A stretch of DNA of 42,303 nt from Bacteroidota bacterium (GTDB taxonomy: Bacteria; Bacteroidota; Bacteroidia; UKL13-3), in the NCBI GenBank assembly GCA_040386055.1, contig JAZKGH010000103.1, forward strand, positions 1 through 42,303, written 5' to 3'. The notes beneath the pieces were generated by a model that saw only the letters and a program-made list of their open reading frames with translations, did not search any database and was not told where the DNA came from. Of the stretch, positions 1-10,900 are shown one piece after another. Within the stretch, counting starts at the first letter, position 1. Every line of letters starts with the position of its first letter. A program made the position numbers and the translations under genes.

Positions 1-773
1 GCATTGAAATAACGCAACGGATGGGTTTTATCTTCGTACACTAACACATCTTTGCTCTGATCCTGGCCGATGGTGTGGTAATATATTTTCATGAATTCAT
101 TCTGATTACTGAATTCCTTACCTTTTTTAGGTTCATCATATCGGCTATAATAAAATCCATTCTTATACCAGGTGGCACCACTGAATTTTACCCACTTAAT
201 CAGGTCTTTTGTTTTTTGCTTGGTAGTTACATCCATCACAAAAATTTCATTCCAATCGCTTCCGCTTTGTGCAATACCTACTGCACAATATTTGTGGTCT
301 TTGCTGAATGTGATACTCGCCAGAGATGCCGTGCCGTCTTCACTCAGTTTGTTTGGATTCAAAAACATTTCGGGTTCTCCATTCAATCCCTTCTGACGAT
401 ATAAAATGCTTTGGTTTTCGAGACCCGAATTTTTAAAGAAATAATACCATTCACCTTCTTTAAACGGAGAACTGTATTTAGGAAAATTCCAGATTTCTGT
501 TAAGCGTTGTTTAATCCTGTTGCGAAACGGTATGTGCTCCAGGTAAGCGTGCGTAATTTTGTTTTCTTTCTGCACCCAGCTTTCTACTTCGGCAGCCGTA
601 TCGTTTTCAAGCCATCTGTAAGGATCATTTACTTTCCTTCCGAAATATTCATCAGTGAAGGACCCTTTACGTGCGTCCGGATACGGAAGTGTTTCGTTTT
701 TTTGCTGTGCCATAAGAGTATCGCCCGAAGCCATCGCCACAAGGAGCGATGCAGTATAAAAATATTTTTTCAT
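1..773 (-). CDS. Prolyl oligopeptidase (S9A prolyl endopeptidase), N-terminal part; the 3' end runs off the window
   Basis: Not in the ORF track because it is open at the window edge. My reverse-strand translation from the ATG at 773-771 gives MKKYFYTASLLVAMASG (signal peptide) ... FTDEYFGRKVNDPYRWLENDTAAEVESWVQKENKITHAYLEHIPFRN ... FPKYSSPFKEGEWYYFFKNSGLENQSILY. This is the canonical N-terminal lead-in of S9A prolyl endopeptidases, including the DPYRWLE motif. The + strand ORFs 75..404, 172..396 and 507..788 are antisense artefacts. Confidence 0.85.
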   Translation of the reverse strand, partial: MKKYFYTASLLVAMASGDTLMAQQKNETLPYPDARKGSFTDEYFGRKVNDPYRWLENDTAAEVESWVQKENKITHAYLEHIPFRNRIKQRLTEIWNFPKYSSPFKEGEWYYFFKNSGLENQSILYRQKGLNGEPEMFLNPNKLSEDGTASLASITFSKDHKYCAVGIAQSGSDWNEIFVMDVTTKQKTKDLIKWVKFSGATWYKNGFYYSRYDEPKKGKEFSNQNEFMKIYYHTIGQDQSKDVLVYEDKTHPLRYFN

Positions 774-789
774 GTTGATGAAATTTGAA

Positions 790-797
790 CAAATATA
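790..797 (-). promoter_or_regulatory. Candidate Bacteroidota -7 promoter box (TATATTTG on the minus strand) upstream of the prolyl oligopeptidase gene
   Basis: The + strand caaatata at 790-797 is the reverse complement of TATATTTG, a perfect match to the TAnnTTTG consensus of Bacteroidetes sigma-A promoters. It lies 16 nt upstream of the ATG at 773. Confidence 0.3.
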
Positions 798-840
798 AAC
801 GGGAGTGTGTAACTACAAGAACCGTTCATAAAAAACCATA

Positions 841-1470
841 CTACTTTTCCTGTCTCCCTGCTGCAAGATGAAGTGTATCATTTGATTTGACCAGTTTGAA
901 CGTATTGTTCTCATATTCTAATTGGTACAAACACAAATTTGTATGGGGGAAATCTTCCATCCGGGTTAGCGAAACATCCAGAAGCAAACATAAAAAACTT
1001 TTCATGGCACGTCCATGCATACATACCAATATTTCAGAGGCCGTACTATCAATAATTGCCTGTTTTACTTTTTGCTGTCGGGCCTGCATCTCTATCGGAC
1101 TCTCGCCATTCGGGATTTTTGCATCCAACTCACCGGCATTCCACTTATGTATCATTTCCCAATAGATGGTTCGTTGTTCAATAGTTTGTTGTTTTCCTTC
1201 AAAATCTCCCCAGCTTATTTCATTAAGCTCAGGCATGATAATATGAGGAAGTCCCATTTCTAAAAATCCGGCAACACTTTGCTGAGAGCGTTTAAGTGCT
1301 GAAGTATATACTTCATTAAACGGATGCTGCATATAAGCCTGATAAAACAACCCGGCTTGTGTCCTTCCTGTTTCATTTAAATCGGTGTCAACACCGCTCC
1401 CCTGAACAATATTGAGTTTGTTGAACTCCGTTTCTCCGTGACGAATGATATATAGCTTTTTAACCAACAT
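841..1470 (-). CDS. Histidine phosphatase family protein (phosphoglycerate mutase-like)
   Basis: 209-aa ORF. The N-terminal LYIIRHGETEFN carries the RHG catalytic motif, and a downstream CMHGRAM carries the second catalytic His. Confidence 0.85.
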   Translation of the reverse strand: MLVKKLYIIRHGETEFNKLNIVQGSGVDTDLNETGRTQAGLFYQAYMQHPFNEVYTSALKRSQQSVAGFLEMGLPHIIMPELNEISWGDFEGKQQTIEQRTIYWEMIHKWNAGELDAKIPNGESPIEMQARQQKVKQAIIDSTASEILVCMHGRAMKSFLCLLLDVSLTRMEDFPHTNLCLYQLEYENNTFKLVKSNDTLHLAAGRQEK

Positions 1471-1543
1471 TAATAGTATTGCTTTAGCGTAAGAATTATT
1501 TTATCCTTGAATGGTATTATAACGCGCAAATAAGCAAAAAGGA

Positions 1544-2770
1544 ATGGAACGGTTTAAAAAAAATACGCTCACCAATGTATACTACCAGTCCAGAAATGTA
1601 ATGATCCTCATTTACATCATCCTGATACTATCTGTTACCTTTATGAGTGACAGCAAAGTAACGGTATTCATTTTTGCAACCAGTATTCCGGTAATATTAT
1701 TGTTTAGTGAGTATATTCATAAAACACGGGAATGGAATCTTTATTACATAACCATTCCCATAAGCATTCTGCTTGCCACCAATTATGAGCTGAACACAAC
1801 CTTGGATGAATCCTTCTGGTTATATTTTCTCATCATCATCTACCATACTATCCTTTTTATTGACAAAACACGTTACAAACTGATGTACACGATTGCATCT
1901 GTTTTATTAGTCATCTGGATAGCGTTTTATCTTGGTTATCCAACGGGAGTAATCGTCTCACAATCCATTTCAACCATTATTTTCACCATCACAACGTATG
2001 TCGGTTTTGGGTATTTACTGGACAAACAAACAGAGGTACTTGCTGCCCTGCATAATAAAGATGAAGTCGAAACCTTATTAAAAGCGTATGCCGGTGATCT
2101 TGAAAAAAAGAATTCAGAACTGGATCAGTTTGCCTACATCGTTTCACATGATTTAAAAGCTCCCCTCCGGGGCATTAATAACCTCTCGACCTGGATAGAG
2201 GAAGATTTGGGTTCACTTGTAACTGAAGATGCCCGCAAAAACTTCACCCTTTTGCACGGACGTGTGGTGCGCATGGAAAACCTTATCAATGGTATTCTGG
2301 CATATTCGCGTGCCGGTCGGATCCAAACTGAAGAGGCTTATTTTAGCACATATGAGTTGGTGAACGATATCTGCACTACCCTAACCCTCAATAATCCAAC
2401 TGACATTCATATTGTTCAGCCCCTTCCGTTTATCAAATCAGAGAAAGTTAAACTTGAACAGGTATTTTCAAACCTGATCAGCAATGCCATTAAATATAAC
2501 AAAGACCCCTACCCTGAAATAACCATTACAGCAACCGAGAATGATACTGAATGCTGCTTTTGTGTGGCGGATAACGGGCCCGGCATTAACCCGGCTTATC
2601 ACGAGAAAATCTTTGTCATTTTCCAAACCCTTCAAAGCAGAGACACTCTTGAGAATACAGGAGTAGGGTTGGCCATAGTCAAAAAAATTGTGGAGGAAAA
2701 CGGAGGCAAAGTATGGCTGGAGTCAACTCTTGGTAGTGGTTCAAATTTCTATTTTACATGGCCAAAATAA
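1544..2770 (+). CDS. Membrane-bound sensor histidine kinase
   Basis: 408 aa. The first ~165 aa are hydrophobic, with about 5 TM helices. Motifs present: H-box FAYIVSHDLKAPLRGI, N-box LISNAIKYN, G-boxes ADNGPGI and GVGLAIVKKIV. Confidence 0.85.
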   Translation: MERFKKNTLTNVYYQSRNVMILIYIILILSVTFMSDSKVTVFIFATSIPVILLFSEYIHKTREWNLYYITIPISILLATNYELNTTLDESFWLYFLIIIYHTILFIDKTRYKLMYTIASVLLVIWIAFYLGYPTGVIVSQSISTIIFTITTYVGFGYLLDKQTEVLAALHNKDEVETLLKAYAGDLEKKNSELDQFAYIVSHDLKAPLRGINNLSTWIEEDLGSLVTEDARKNFTLLHGRVVRMENLINGILAYSRAGRIQTEEAYFSTYELVNDICTTLTLNNPTDIHIVQPLPFIKSEKVKLEQVFSNLISNAIKYNKDPYPEITITATENDTECCFCVADNGPGINPAYHEKIFVIFQTLQSRDTLENTGVGLAIVKKIVEENGGKVWLESTLGSGSNFYFTWPK

Positions 2771-2846
2771 CCAATTACATCGTGAGACCACTAATCACAT
2801 AACTCTAAACCATTCCCCGAATTTGGTATTTACTTTTGCCAATACA

Positions 2847-3260
2847 ATGAGTAAGACCCTGAACATACTTTTGGTGGATGACGATATCGTGGACATTATG
2901 AACATGAAGCGTGCCTTTGCCAAAAAAGGGTTTCAACATCCGTTGTATATAGCACACAATGGTGATGAGGCGATGCAAATGCTTGAACAGCAGCTCATTC
3001 CTGTCCCACATGTTATCCTTCTCGATTTGAATATGCCGAAAATGGGGGGCGTGGAGTTTTTGGAAATCATTCGTAAACACCCTGCGTACAAACATATCCA
3101 CGTTGTGGTACTTACTACTTCTGATGAAGATGCTGATAAATTTAAGGCCCACCGGCACAATATCTCCAGTTACCTCATTAAACCTCTGTCGGGTACAGAA
3201 TTTTCGGAACAGGTGGATACGCTAAATAATTCGTGGGAAATAGTTAGTTTTCCTGATTAG
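2847..3260 (+). CDS. Single-domain response regulator (receiver only)
   Basis: [16 protein letters not shown] ... [10 protein letters not shown] (phospho-acceptor Asp) ... [10 protein letters not shown] ... YLIKP. The ORF-track start at 2688 overlaps the upstream kinase, so I chose the ATG at 2847, just before the receiver fold. Confidence 0.85.
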   Translation: MSKTLNILLVDDDIVDIMNMKRAFAKKGFQHPLYIAHNGDEAMQMLEQQLIPVPHVILLDLNMPKMGGVEFLEIIRKHPAYKHIHVVVLTTSDEDADKFKAHRHNISSYLIKPLSGTEFSEQVDTLNNSWEIVSFPD

Positions 3261-3277
3261 TACATATATTTACCTCC

Positions 3278-5230
3278 ATGCAGGTTGGGGATACTCCTAT
3301 AAATATTCTTTTAATAGATGATGATGAGGTAGACAGGTTAACTGTTGAGCGAATGCTTGCCAAATCATCACTGCAATATGTGCTTCAATCATTTGAAGAA
3401 GCCGATAGCGCTTTGCAGCACCTCAAAGAAACCTCCGTATTTTATGATTGTATTTTGCTTGATTACCTGTTACCCGGCACCAATGGTTTAGACTTGCTTA
3501 AAAATTTTAAAACGCTTGGTATCCTTACCCCCGTAACAATTCTTACCTCTCAGGGAGATGAACGCATTGCGGTTGAAATGATCAAGAACGGGGCCTTCGA
3601 TTATTTTGCCAAATCGGATATTAATCCTGAGTTTTTATCTCGCCTTGTGTTGGCTTCCAAACGCTTAAAACAAGCAGAAATACTGAAGACAGAAGCCGAG
3701 AAAAAAAATATAGAAACCGCCTTGCGGCTTAAAGGGGTTATTGACAGCGCTAATCAAAGCATTTTTGCAATTGACAGAGACCACAACTACATAGTTTTTA
3801 ACCAAGCACATTACGATACCATGAAAAAAATGCGTGGTCTAGATATTAAATTGGGCACGAATATTTTTGAAGGACTTACGAACTATTCCCCTGAACTGGT
3901 TTCTAACTATGCTATTCCCTTTTCGGGGCAGCGCTATCATGCTATTCTTAAAGCTTCAACTGGAGAGTATTTCGAAACATCCTATAATCCTATTGTTGAT
4001 GAACACGGTATTGTATCGGGAGTAGCGGTATATTCAGCTGATATTACCGAAAAGATGTCGGCTGAAAATGATTTAAAGCAAGCAAAGCTAATGGCTGAAA
4101 ATGCAGCTCAGGTAAAGTCCGATTTCCTCTCCAATATGAGTCACGAAATCAGAACACCAATGAATGCAATTATCGGGATGTCGGATTTACTGCTGGATAA
4201 AAATCTTGAAAACGAAAGCCGTGAATATGTTAAATCCATTAAATACTCGGCAGATAACCTGCTGGTTATTATTAATGATATTCTGGATTTCAGCAAAATT
4301 GAAGCAGGAAAAATTCTGTTTGAAAACATTGATTTCAATATTCATGAACGCCTGTTTGAATTGAAAAAAACGTTTAAACACAAGGCTGGAGAAAAGGGGT
4401 TGGTACTCGAAATTGTCATTGATGAAAGTGTACCGGAAATGATTAAGGGTGACCCGTATCGCCTCAACCAAATTTTGTTTAACCTCGTTGGCAATTCTAT
4501 TAAATTTACTTCTAAAGGTTCCATTACAATATACGTTTCAAGCTTGCCATTTGCTAATAATCAATTGCTCGTTCAATTTAAGGTTACAGATACCGGAATC
4601 GGTATTCCTGCTTCTAAAATAAACAGCATATTTGAAAGCTTTTCGCAGGCAAATACCGACACCACCCGCAAATTTGGCGGGACCGGACTGGGACTGGCCA
4701 TCACCAAAAACCTAACTGAATTGCAAAACGGAAACATCAAACTCGAAAGTACCCCGGACGTTGGCTCAACCTTTACCGTGGAAATACCTTTTAACAAAAG
4801 TCTTTCGGAAGTACAGTATAGTACCGACAAAACCTCGATAGCAAATAAAGATTTGAACCAGTTGCGTATATTGGTAGCAGAAGACAATCTCATGAACCAG
4901 TTTGTAGCAAAACAAATTTTGAGCAAGTGGAACGCTAATATTACTATTGCTTCCAATGGTAGTGAAGCCATTGAAAAACTGAGTGCAGAAATCTTCGATA
5001 TTGTATTGATGGACTTGCAGATGCCTGAAATGAGCGGATTTGAAGCCACCACTTTTATTCGCTCTAAAAATACAACCGTACTCAATCCAACTGTTCCTAT
5101 CATCGCTCTTACTGCCGATGCTTTTTCGGAAACCAAACGTAGGGTCCTGGAGGCCGGGATGAACGACTTTGTGACCAAACCTTTCAATCAGGAAGAACTC
5201 TACGTAAAAATTATCAAGCACCTGCTATAG
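3278..5230 (+). CDS. Hybrid sensor histidine kinase / response regulator (REC-PAS-HisKA-HATPase-REC)
   Basis: 650 aa. Domains: N-terminal receiver ([10 protein letters not shown] ... [10 protein letters not shown]), PAS-like segment, H-box [16 protein letters not shown]-box [10 protein letters not shown]-boxes DTGIGI and GGTGLGLAI, and a C-terminal receiver ([11 protein letters not shown] ... [10 protein letters not shown] ... ALTADA). Confidence 0.9.
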   Translation: MQVGDTPINILLIDDDEVDRLTVERMLAKSSLQYVLQSFEEADSALQHLKETSVFYDCILLDYLLPGTNGLDLLKNFKTLGILTPVTILTSQGDERIAVEMIKNGAFDYFAKSDINPEFLSRLVLASKRLKQAEILKTEAEKKNIETALRLKGVIDSANQSIFAIDRDHNYIVFNQAHYDTMKKMRGLDIKLGTNIFEGLTNYSPELVSNYAIPFSGQRYHAILKASTGEYFETSYNPIVDEHGIVSGVAVYSADITEKMSAENDLKQAKLMAENAAQVKSDFLSNMSHEIRTPMNAIIGMSDLLLDKNLENESREYVKSIKYSADNLLVIINDILDFSKIEAGKILFENIDFNIHERLFELKKTFKHKAGEKGLVLEIVIDESVPEMIKGDPYRLNQILFNLVGNSIKFTSKGSITIYVSSLPFANNQLLVQFKVTDTGIGIPASKINSIFESFSQANTDTTRKFGGTGLGLAITKNLTELQNGNIKLESTPDVGSTFTVEIPFNKSLSEVQYSTDKTSIANKDLNQLRILVAEDNLMNQFVAKQILSKWNANITIASNGSEAIEKLSAEIFDIVLMDLQMPEMSGFEATTFIRSKNTTVLNPTVPIIALTADAFSETKRRVLEAGMNDFVTKPFNQEELYVKIIKHLL

Positions 5231-5274
5231 TTCATTCAGAATTCCTCTTTCTTTGCGGTACATAAACAACACCT

Positions 5275-5739
5275 ATGAGTATTTTTATCGGAAACATTGA
5301 TCTCGAAAAAATAAACGACCGCAACAAAAACACCCTATGCGAATGGATTGGCATTGAAGTAACTGAATATGGTGCTGATTACCTAAAAGCGAAAATGCCA
5401 ATTGACCATCGCACCGTTCAACCCTTACGCATTGTAAATGGTGGCGCTTATTGTGTGTTAGCTGAAAGTATTGGAAGCACAGCCGCTAATCTGTGTCTGG
5501 ACAGAGAAAAATTTGTAGCGGTTGGATTGGATATCAATGCCAACCATATTCGTTCAGCACATGAGGGAAACGGATACGTGTATGGCGTGGCCAAACCCAT
5601 TCACCTTGGACGTACCACTCAGGTATGGGAAATCCGTATCACCGATGAACATGATAAACTATGTTGCATCAGCAGACTTACCATGGCCGTTATTGAATTA
5701 AAAAAAGATGAACGAAACTTTAATCCGCCAAAGGTTTAA
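5275..5739 (+). CDS. PaaI/YdiI-type hotdog-fold thioesterase (possible 1,4-dihydroxy-2-naphthoyl-CoA hydrolase)
   Basis: 154 aa with typical PaaI-family segments: LRIVNGGAYCVLAESIGSTAA and GRTTQVWEIRI. It overlaps menF downstream by 32 nt. The menaquinone role is inferred from that context only. Confidence 0.75.
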   Translation: MSIFIGNIDLEKINDRNKNTLCEWIGIEVTEYGADYLKAKMPIDHRTVQPLRIVNGGAYCVLAESIGSTAANLCLDREKFVAVGLDINANHIRSAHEGNGYVYGVAKPIHLGRTTQVWEIRITDEHDKLCCISRLTMAVIELKKDERNFNPPKV

Positions 5740-6805
5740 CCAGGCCGCAGCACACAAACTCAATTTTGCGGCTGTACGTTTACCCAATAGCAACGACCTC
5801 CATTTTCTGTACAGTAACGAGCAACCCAAATTGCTCAAAGTAGAAATGCTTACAGAAGGTGCACCACAATTTGTTTGTTCGCCATACAGTGCGGGAAACT
5901 TAGGTTATATACTGAATGCTGATACCTATTATGTAAATGAAAAATGTATAAGGGGCGCTGCATTGGATCAAATTGCTGAGTCCCACAATTTCTCTTTTCA
6001 ACACAACGCAAGCAATTTTTTTGCGGATCAATCATTTTACGAAACATACGTTCAACAAGGTATTACGGCCATTCAAAAAAACAAACTGGATAAAGTTGTA
6101 GCTGCACGATGTATTGCTGTTCCCTTATCCAAATCATTTGACGCTGCACATTTTTTTGAGCAACTTACTCAAGCCTATCCGCATGCCTGTGTATACTTTT
6201 TTTACCTGCACGAATTAGGCAGCTGGTGCGGGGCCACTCCTGAAAAATTACTGACTGTAGAAAAAGGAATCCTACAGACTGTAGCATTGGCGGGTACGTT
6301 ACCGATAGACTCAGCAGCCGACTGGAGCGACAAAGAACATGATGAGCAAAACATGACAGAGTTTTTCATCGAGGAATCCTTTCGCGAATTAAAACTAACA
6401 GGCTTTCGCAAAACCGAAGTTGAAACCATTGAAGCAGGAGCGATAAAGCACTTAGTCAGTACTATTAGCTGGAAACCCAAACCGGATATTCTTAAACAGA
6501 AATTCAGCAAATTATTAGGGGCCTTAAATCCCACACCTGCCGTTTGTGGTTTACCACAATTTGAATCATCCATCTTCATTTCTAAAAACGAACAATTGGA
6601 ACGCAGATTCTATAGTGGTTTCATTGGCTTACTCAAACCCAACGAAACGCATTTGTACGTAAACCTGCGATGTATGCAATTAGGTAACGATAAGGCATTG
6701 TTATATGCAGGAGCCGGTATCACAGAGGACTCTATCCCCTCAGCCGAATGGGAAGAAACACAACGCAAAATGGAAACGCTTGGTGTTAAGCTATCAGACG
6801 CATAA
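5708..6805 (+). CDS. menF: Isochorismate synthase
   Basis: 365 aa with chorismate-binding enzyme signatures: LNPTPAVCGLP, FYSGFIG and YAGAGITEDSIPSAEWEETQRKM. The start is uncertain because it overlaps the upstream gene by 32 nt. Confidence 0.8.
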   Translation: MNETLIRQRFNQAAAHKLNFAAVRLPNSNDLHFLYSNEQPKLLKVEMLTEGAPQFVCSPYSAGNLGYILNADTYYVNEKCIRGAALDQIAESHNFSFQHNASNFFADQSFYETYVQQGITAIQKNKLDKVVAARCIAVPLSKSFDAAHFFEQLTQAYPHACVYFFYLHELGSWCGATPEKLLTVEKGILQTVALAGTLPIDSAADWSDKEHDEQNMTEFFIEESFRELKLTGFRKTEVETIEAGAIKHLVSTISWKPKPDILKQKFSKLLGALNPTPAVCGLPQFESSIFISKNEQLERRFYSGFIGLLKPNETHLYVNLRCMQLGNDKALLYAGAGITEDSIPSAEWEETQRKMETLGVKLSDA

Positions 6806-6832
6806 ATTGTCTCACAGCTTAACACCAAGTAA

Positions 6833-7975
6833 CTAGCTATTCATATACTTACTAATTAAAGAGTGAAAATGATGAACACCTCTTTCTCTAGATGGTGAAA
6901 ACCTGCCTGCCTGATAATAGCGAGAGTTGATCCCTTGCTGCACATTTTCTACCACAAACTCATCTTCACGTTCTACCTTATCAATCGCACTTGCGGCTCC
7001 CTTGTCAAATTTTGTTTCATCATATACATAAGTATAAAATGATACTTTGCTTTGTTTCATCGACATTGGTTTCACAATATTGATGCTAAGTCCCCATGGG
7101 TAAAAATTGAACATCATATTAGGAAATATCCAGAAATAATACGCTGAAATTTGTTGCCCATAATGAATATGGTTCTCGGGTAGATCAAAACAATCTGAAC
7201 CGCTATTGCCAACCCCGATTTGCAAATTGCAGTGATCAAACAAAATGGTCTTGTAGTTTTTGTAATCCAGTACCTTGTTTAAATCGGGATGTACAAAAGG
7301 AATATGGAAACCCTCTAAATAATTGTCGCAATAGAGTGCCCAATGAGCATTCACCAAATAATCCTTTGAGTATTCAGATGCGTAACGAAACTGGTCTATA
7401 GGCAAGAAACCCACATACTTATCCATTACTTCCGATATTTCACCGAAATCAAATGCCGGATTCAATGACACAAATGGAAACTGATGCCATTCTTTCACAT
7501 CCAGTTTATGCAAATTTTCACACGACCGGGGGAAATTTTTAGCTTCCGTGAACTCCGGCATGGAGTCAAATTTTCCATCAATAGAAAATTTTCGTCCATG
7601 GTAATCGCAGAGGAATTTTTTGTATTTGCCGGAATGTTGAACCAACAAATTTCCCCTATGCGTACACACATTGCTGAAACAATTCAATATGCCGGATGTG
7701 TTCCTAACCAATACCAACGGTTCATTTAAGAAGCCCGGAAGTAACCAGAAAGGAAAAGCGCTTTCGTTTTGTTGAATATGCTCATCGGCTTCAACAAGCT
7801 GCCAACTTCCCGCAAACAAGTGCTCTTTGCTCCGTTCAAACCATTCGCTACTCTTATAAAATAATGCCGGCAATGTTGATGCCTCCGTTATGTCTTTTTC
7901 GATATTTAATTCTTTCATTCCAACATTACCGGCATTCGAATCTCTAATTGTTTTGTCTTCATCTATTTTCAGCAT
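6833..7975 (-). CDS. Rieske [2Fe-2S] non-heme iron oxygenase, alpha-subunit type
   Basis: Rieske motif CTHRGNLL ... CDYHGRKF and a mononuclear-iron motif NYLEGFHIPFVH. 380-aa ORF. The real start may be the internal MKELNIEK at about 7918. Confidence 0.8.
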   Translation of the reverse strand: MLKIDEDKTIRDSNAGNVGMKELNIEKDITEASTLPALFYKSSEWFERSKEHLFAGSWQLVEADEHIQQNESAFPFWLLPGFLNEPLVLVRNTSGILNCFSNVCTHRGNLLVQHSGKYKKFLCDYHGRKFSIDGKFDSMPEFTEAKNFPRSCENLHKLDVKEWHQFPFVSLNPAFDFGEISEVMDKYVGFLPIDQFRYASEYSKDYLVNAHWALYCDNYLEGFHIPFVHPDLNKVLDYKNYKTILFDHCNLQIGVGNSGSDCFDLPENHIHYGQQISAYYFWIFPNMMFNFYPWGLSINIVKPMSMKQSKVSFYTYVYDETKFDKGAASAIDKVEREDEFVVENVQQGINSRYYQAGRFSPSRERGVHHFHSLISKYMNS

Positions 7976-7981
7976 AAACCC

Positions 7982-10900
7982 CTATTCCAATTTGCTTAGT
8001 TTGAGGTTGAATACCTGATCTCCCAATAACACTTTTATAAAATATACTCCTGGTTTCAACTCCGCTGTTTCAGTTACCTTTAGTAGGTTTGATCCCTTTG
8101 CCACAATCAGTTCTTTGTGCCAAACCATCTTACCACTCTGATCATAAATCTCTGTTTGCATGATACCATCAGCATCCGATTGAACGATTAAACTAAACTC
8201 CTTAGTAAACGGATTAGGGTATTGTACAATTGATACTTCATCTGTATTTTCCGGTGATACGCTTATCATTTTTGAATAGGTAATTGTTCCGTCCAAATCA
8301 ACCTGTTTCAACCGATAATAAAGAGTAACCGGATTTGAAACGAAAGGCAACTCATCTGTGAACTCATACTTGTTTATTGTCATTGCTGAACCTGAGCCAT
8401 CTACCCACCCGATTTCTTTCCAATCATTTTTATTGCTCATTCGTTCGATAGCAAATCCTGTATTATTAAGTTCGTTTGTTGTTGTCCAGTTGAGCAACAC
8501 ATCATCGGATTTTTTCTGTGCGTTAAAGCTAATCAAGGTTATTGGCAATGGATTCACATTGCTGTCTCCACCAATTCCAAAGTCGCCAAAGTCACTCAAC
8601 GCTATTCGTGAAAGAACCGGAATAGCTGTTGAACCGGTTGTTGTAACATGTGTTCCCGGAATACTCCAAGGTAATGCCGTGCTGATACGTTTTACCAATA
8701 CAAGAGAAGTATGATTTACAACTCCAATAAAGCTTGCGGCAGTTATAGTAGCAGTATACGCTCCTCCACTCAATCCATTTGTTGCTGCAAAAGACCAGTA
8801 ACCGGTTGTCGCTATTTTATTTATGGTGATTGCACCTTGAGTTAATGGTAATCCACCATTTGTTGTTGGTCCGGAAACAAACATTGCCGTTAATGTTCCT
8901 GCGTTAGCAGGAATTACAGTATAATCTACGATTGCTGTTCGATTAGTTGTTCCCACTGCCAACGGAAATGTATATGACGCTAAGGTAGTGCTGCTGATCC
9001 AACGTCTGAACGTTCCCTGAATGGTTCCGGTTCCAGTTAGTACGCCCGTTGACACTGTATCTTTTCCAAGAGAAAGTGTAACATTAGCTCCTGTGTTAAT
9101 CTGTCCTGAAGTAAGTTTCAATGAATCCAACACAACAAAAGTAGTTAGCGAAGGCGCTGATAAAGTTACCGTAGTATTATTTGTAACAAACAACTGACCG
9201 GCTATTGCATTCATCGTATTCAGAACAGTAACACTGCCTCCTCCGTCAAATTTCAATATGTCGTTTTGATTTGGAAATGTTCTGACAGGAGTCCAGTTTG
9301 CGGCTAGGTTAAAACTATCAGGAGCTGTTTTGTTCCAGGTATACGTTGTTGGAGCTGGAGCTGGTAAAATAAGAACATTGTAATCCTCTGTTTCGCCCCA
9401 GGTTTCACTTGAGCATGAAGTTGCAGGTTGTGCATTATAAACATTTCTGATACGCATGCGGGTTGTTCCTTCCAATGTTGTTAATGGTACCACAACCGTT
9501 GCCGTTTGAGCAGCCGCTGAAGGTGTATTCCCTGCTACCTCTTCATTGGGACTGAAAACACCATCCTGATCAAAATCTATCCATACTCTGTGTCCTTCAG
9601 GCCAGTTGCCCGAACCTCGGTAATTAATAGTTAATGAACTTCCTTTACGAACAGTGAGTGTTTGTGAAGGATAATAAATATAACTATTGGTGTTCGGATT
9701 ACAACCTGTAAGCAGATTCGAAATATTTGTTATTCCACCCACTGTAGCAAAGTTATTTACAAAGTCTCCGTCAACACAACCGGTTGTAAAAGGAGGTACG
9801 CAATAATTCGCACGTATCTGCTGACTTCCGGCAGGAGCTGTAATGGTAGGAATCTGCGTTAATCCTCCAACAATCATTGAAAGACATTCTGCATCGACAA
9901 CATTACCCGAAGTTGCTGTTGCGCTGATATCATAGGTTAACCAAAAATAGTTATTTCCATTCGCTAAAGCTTGACTTCCTATAATACTAAATGAAGTTGA
10001 ACCCGGTAAATAAGCTAATGTACTTCCCACCTGGGTAGTTGTTGCGAACAGGTTGCTTGCTCCTGTATACCAAACTTTGATATTCCTTATATTAGATGTA
10101 TCGGTTGTGCCATTGGTATTAAAATCAAATTGTGAAAGATTTACAACAGAACCTGCTGCAGAAGTCACAACCTGAATACCGAGAATATGATTATCCGATG
10201 TACCCTGTCCGATTTTTGATGTGGCACTTTGTGTAATGCTTGATGATAGGTACGTCATAGGACCATCAATCAACAAACTACCTGCTGGTGCTCCTACTGT
10301 TGGAATGCGGTAAACTCCATTTATTTGAATACTATCTAATCTGGCATCTAAAACGTGGCCGAATACTGCTCCCGGATTGATGTCATATGCGAGCCATAGG
10401 TTTGTTGTATCATTATTCAACAATGTATCTGTTAAGGTAAAAACAAACGCTCCGCTTGGAGAAAAAACAGTGCTGCCCAATTGCTTGGTTGTACTGAATA
10501 CTGTTGAGTTACCTGTTGCATATAATTTTGCCGAAACAATATCCGTTGCACTGGTTGATCCAACCGTATTTACATTTACTGAAGTAATGGAGCCTAATCC
10601 ACACCCATTGATACGGATAGGAATTCTGAGCACAGCATTATCATTCGAGCCGGGAACAACATTCCCTGTTCGTTGTATTGCCGTACTTGAGGAATAGCTT
10701 ACAGGAGTGTTTACAGTCGTAATAGTATAATCCTGTGTTTCTCCTGCTGCAAATGCTGTGCAAGCATCTCCACCGCCATTAGGAACTGTACTGCGTGATC
10801 TGATCCTCATTCGTAACTCTCCGATAGTAGCACTACAAGGAATCGTAACAGGAGTAACAGAGGCCACATTTGCTGTGCTGCTCGTTGTTACCTGATTCCA

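Noticed and set aside
75-788. Plus-strand ORFs 75..404, 172..396 and 507..788 from the ORF track
   Set aside because: Their translations are low-complexity and hydrophobic nonsense. The minus strand across 1..773 gives a continuous, strongly recognisable prolyl oligopeptidase N-terminus, so these ORFs are antisense artefacts.
2688-2846. Upstream extension of the response-regulator ORF (ORF-track start 2688)
   Set aside because: The extension overlaps the last 83 nt of the histidine kinase gene in another frame and encodes no receiver-domain residues. The receiver fold starts right after the ATG at 2847.
4141-5221. Antisense and alternative-frame ORFs within the hybrid kinase gene (4141..4338, 4164..4364, 4187..4471, 4342..4524, 4573..5187, 4766..5221)
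   Set aside because: The plus-strand frame carries complete HisKA, HATPase and REC motifs across this span. The other ORFs have no motifs and are typical shadow ORFs of an AT-rich coding region.
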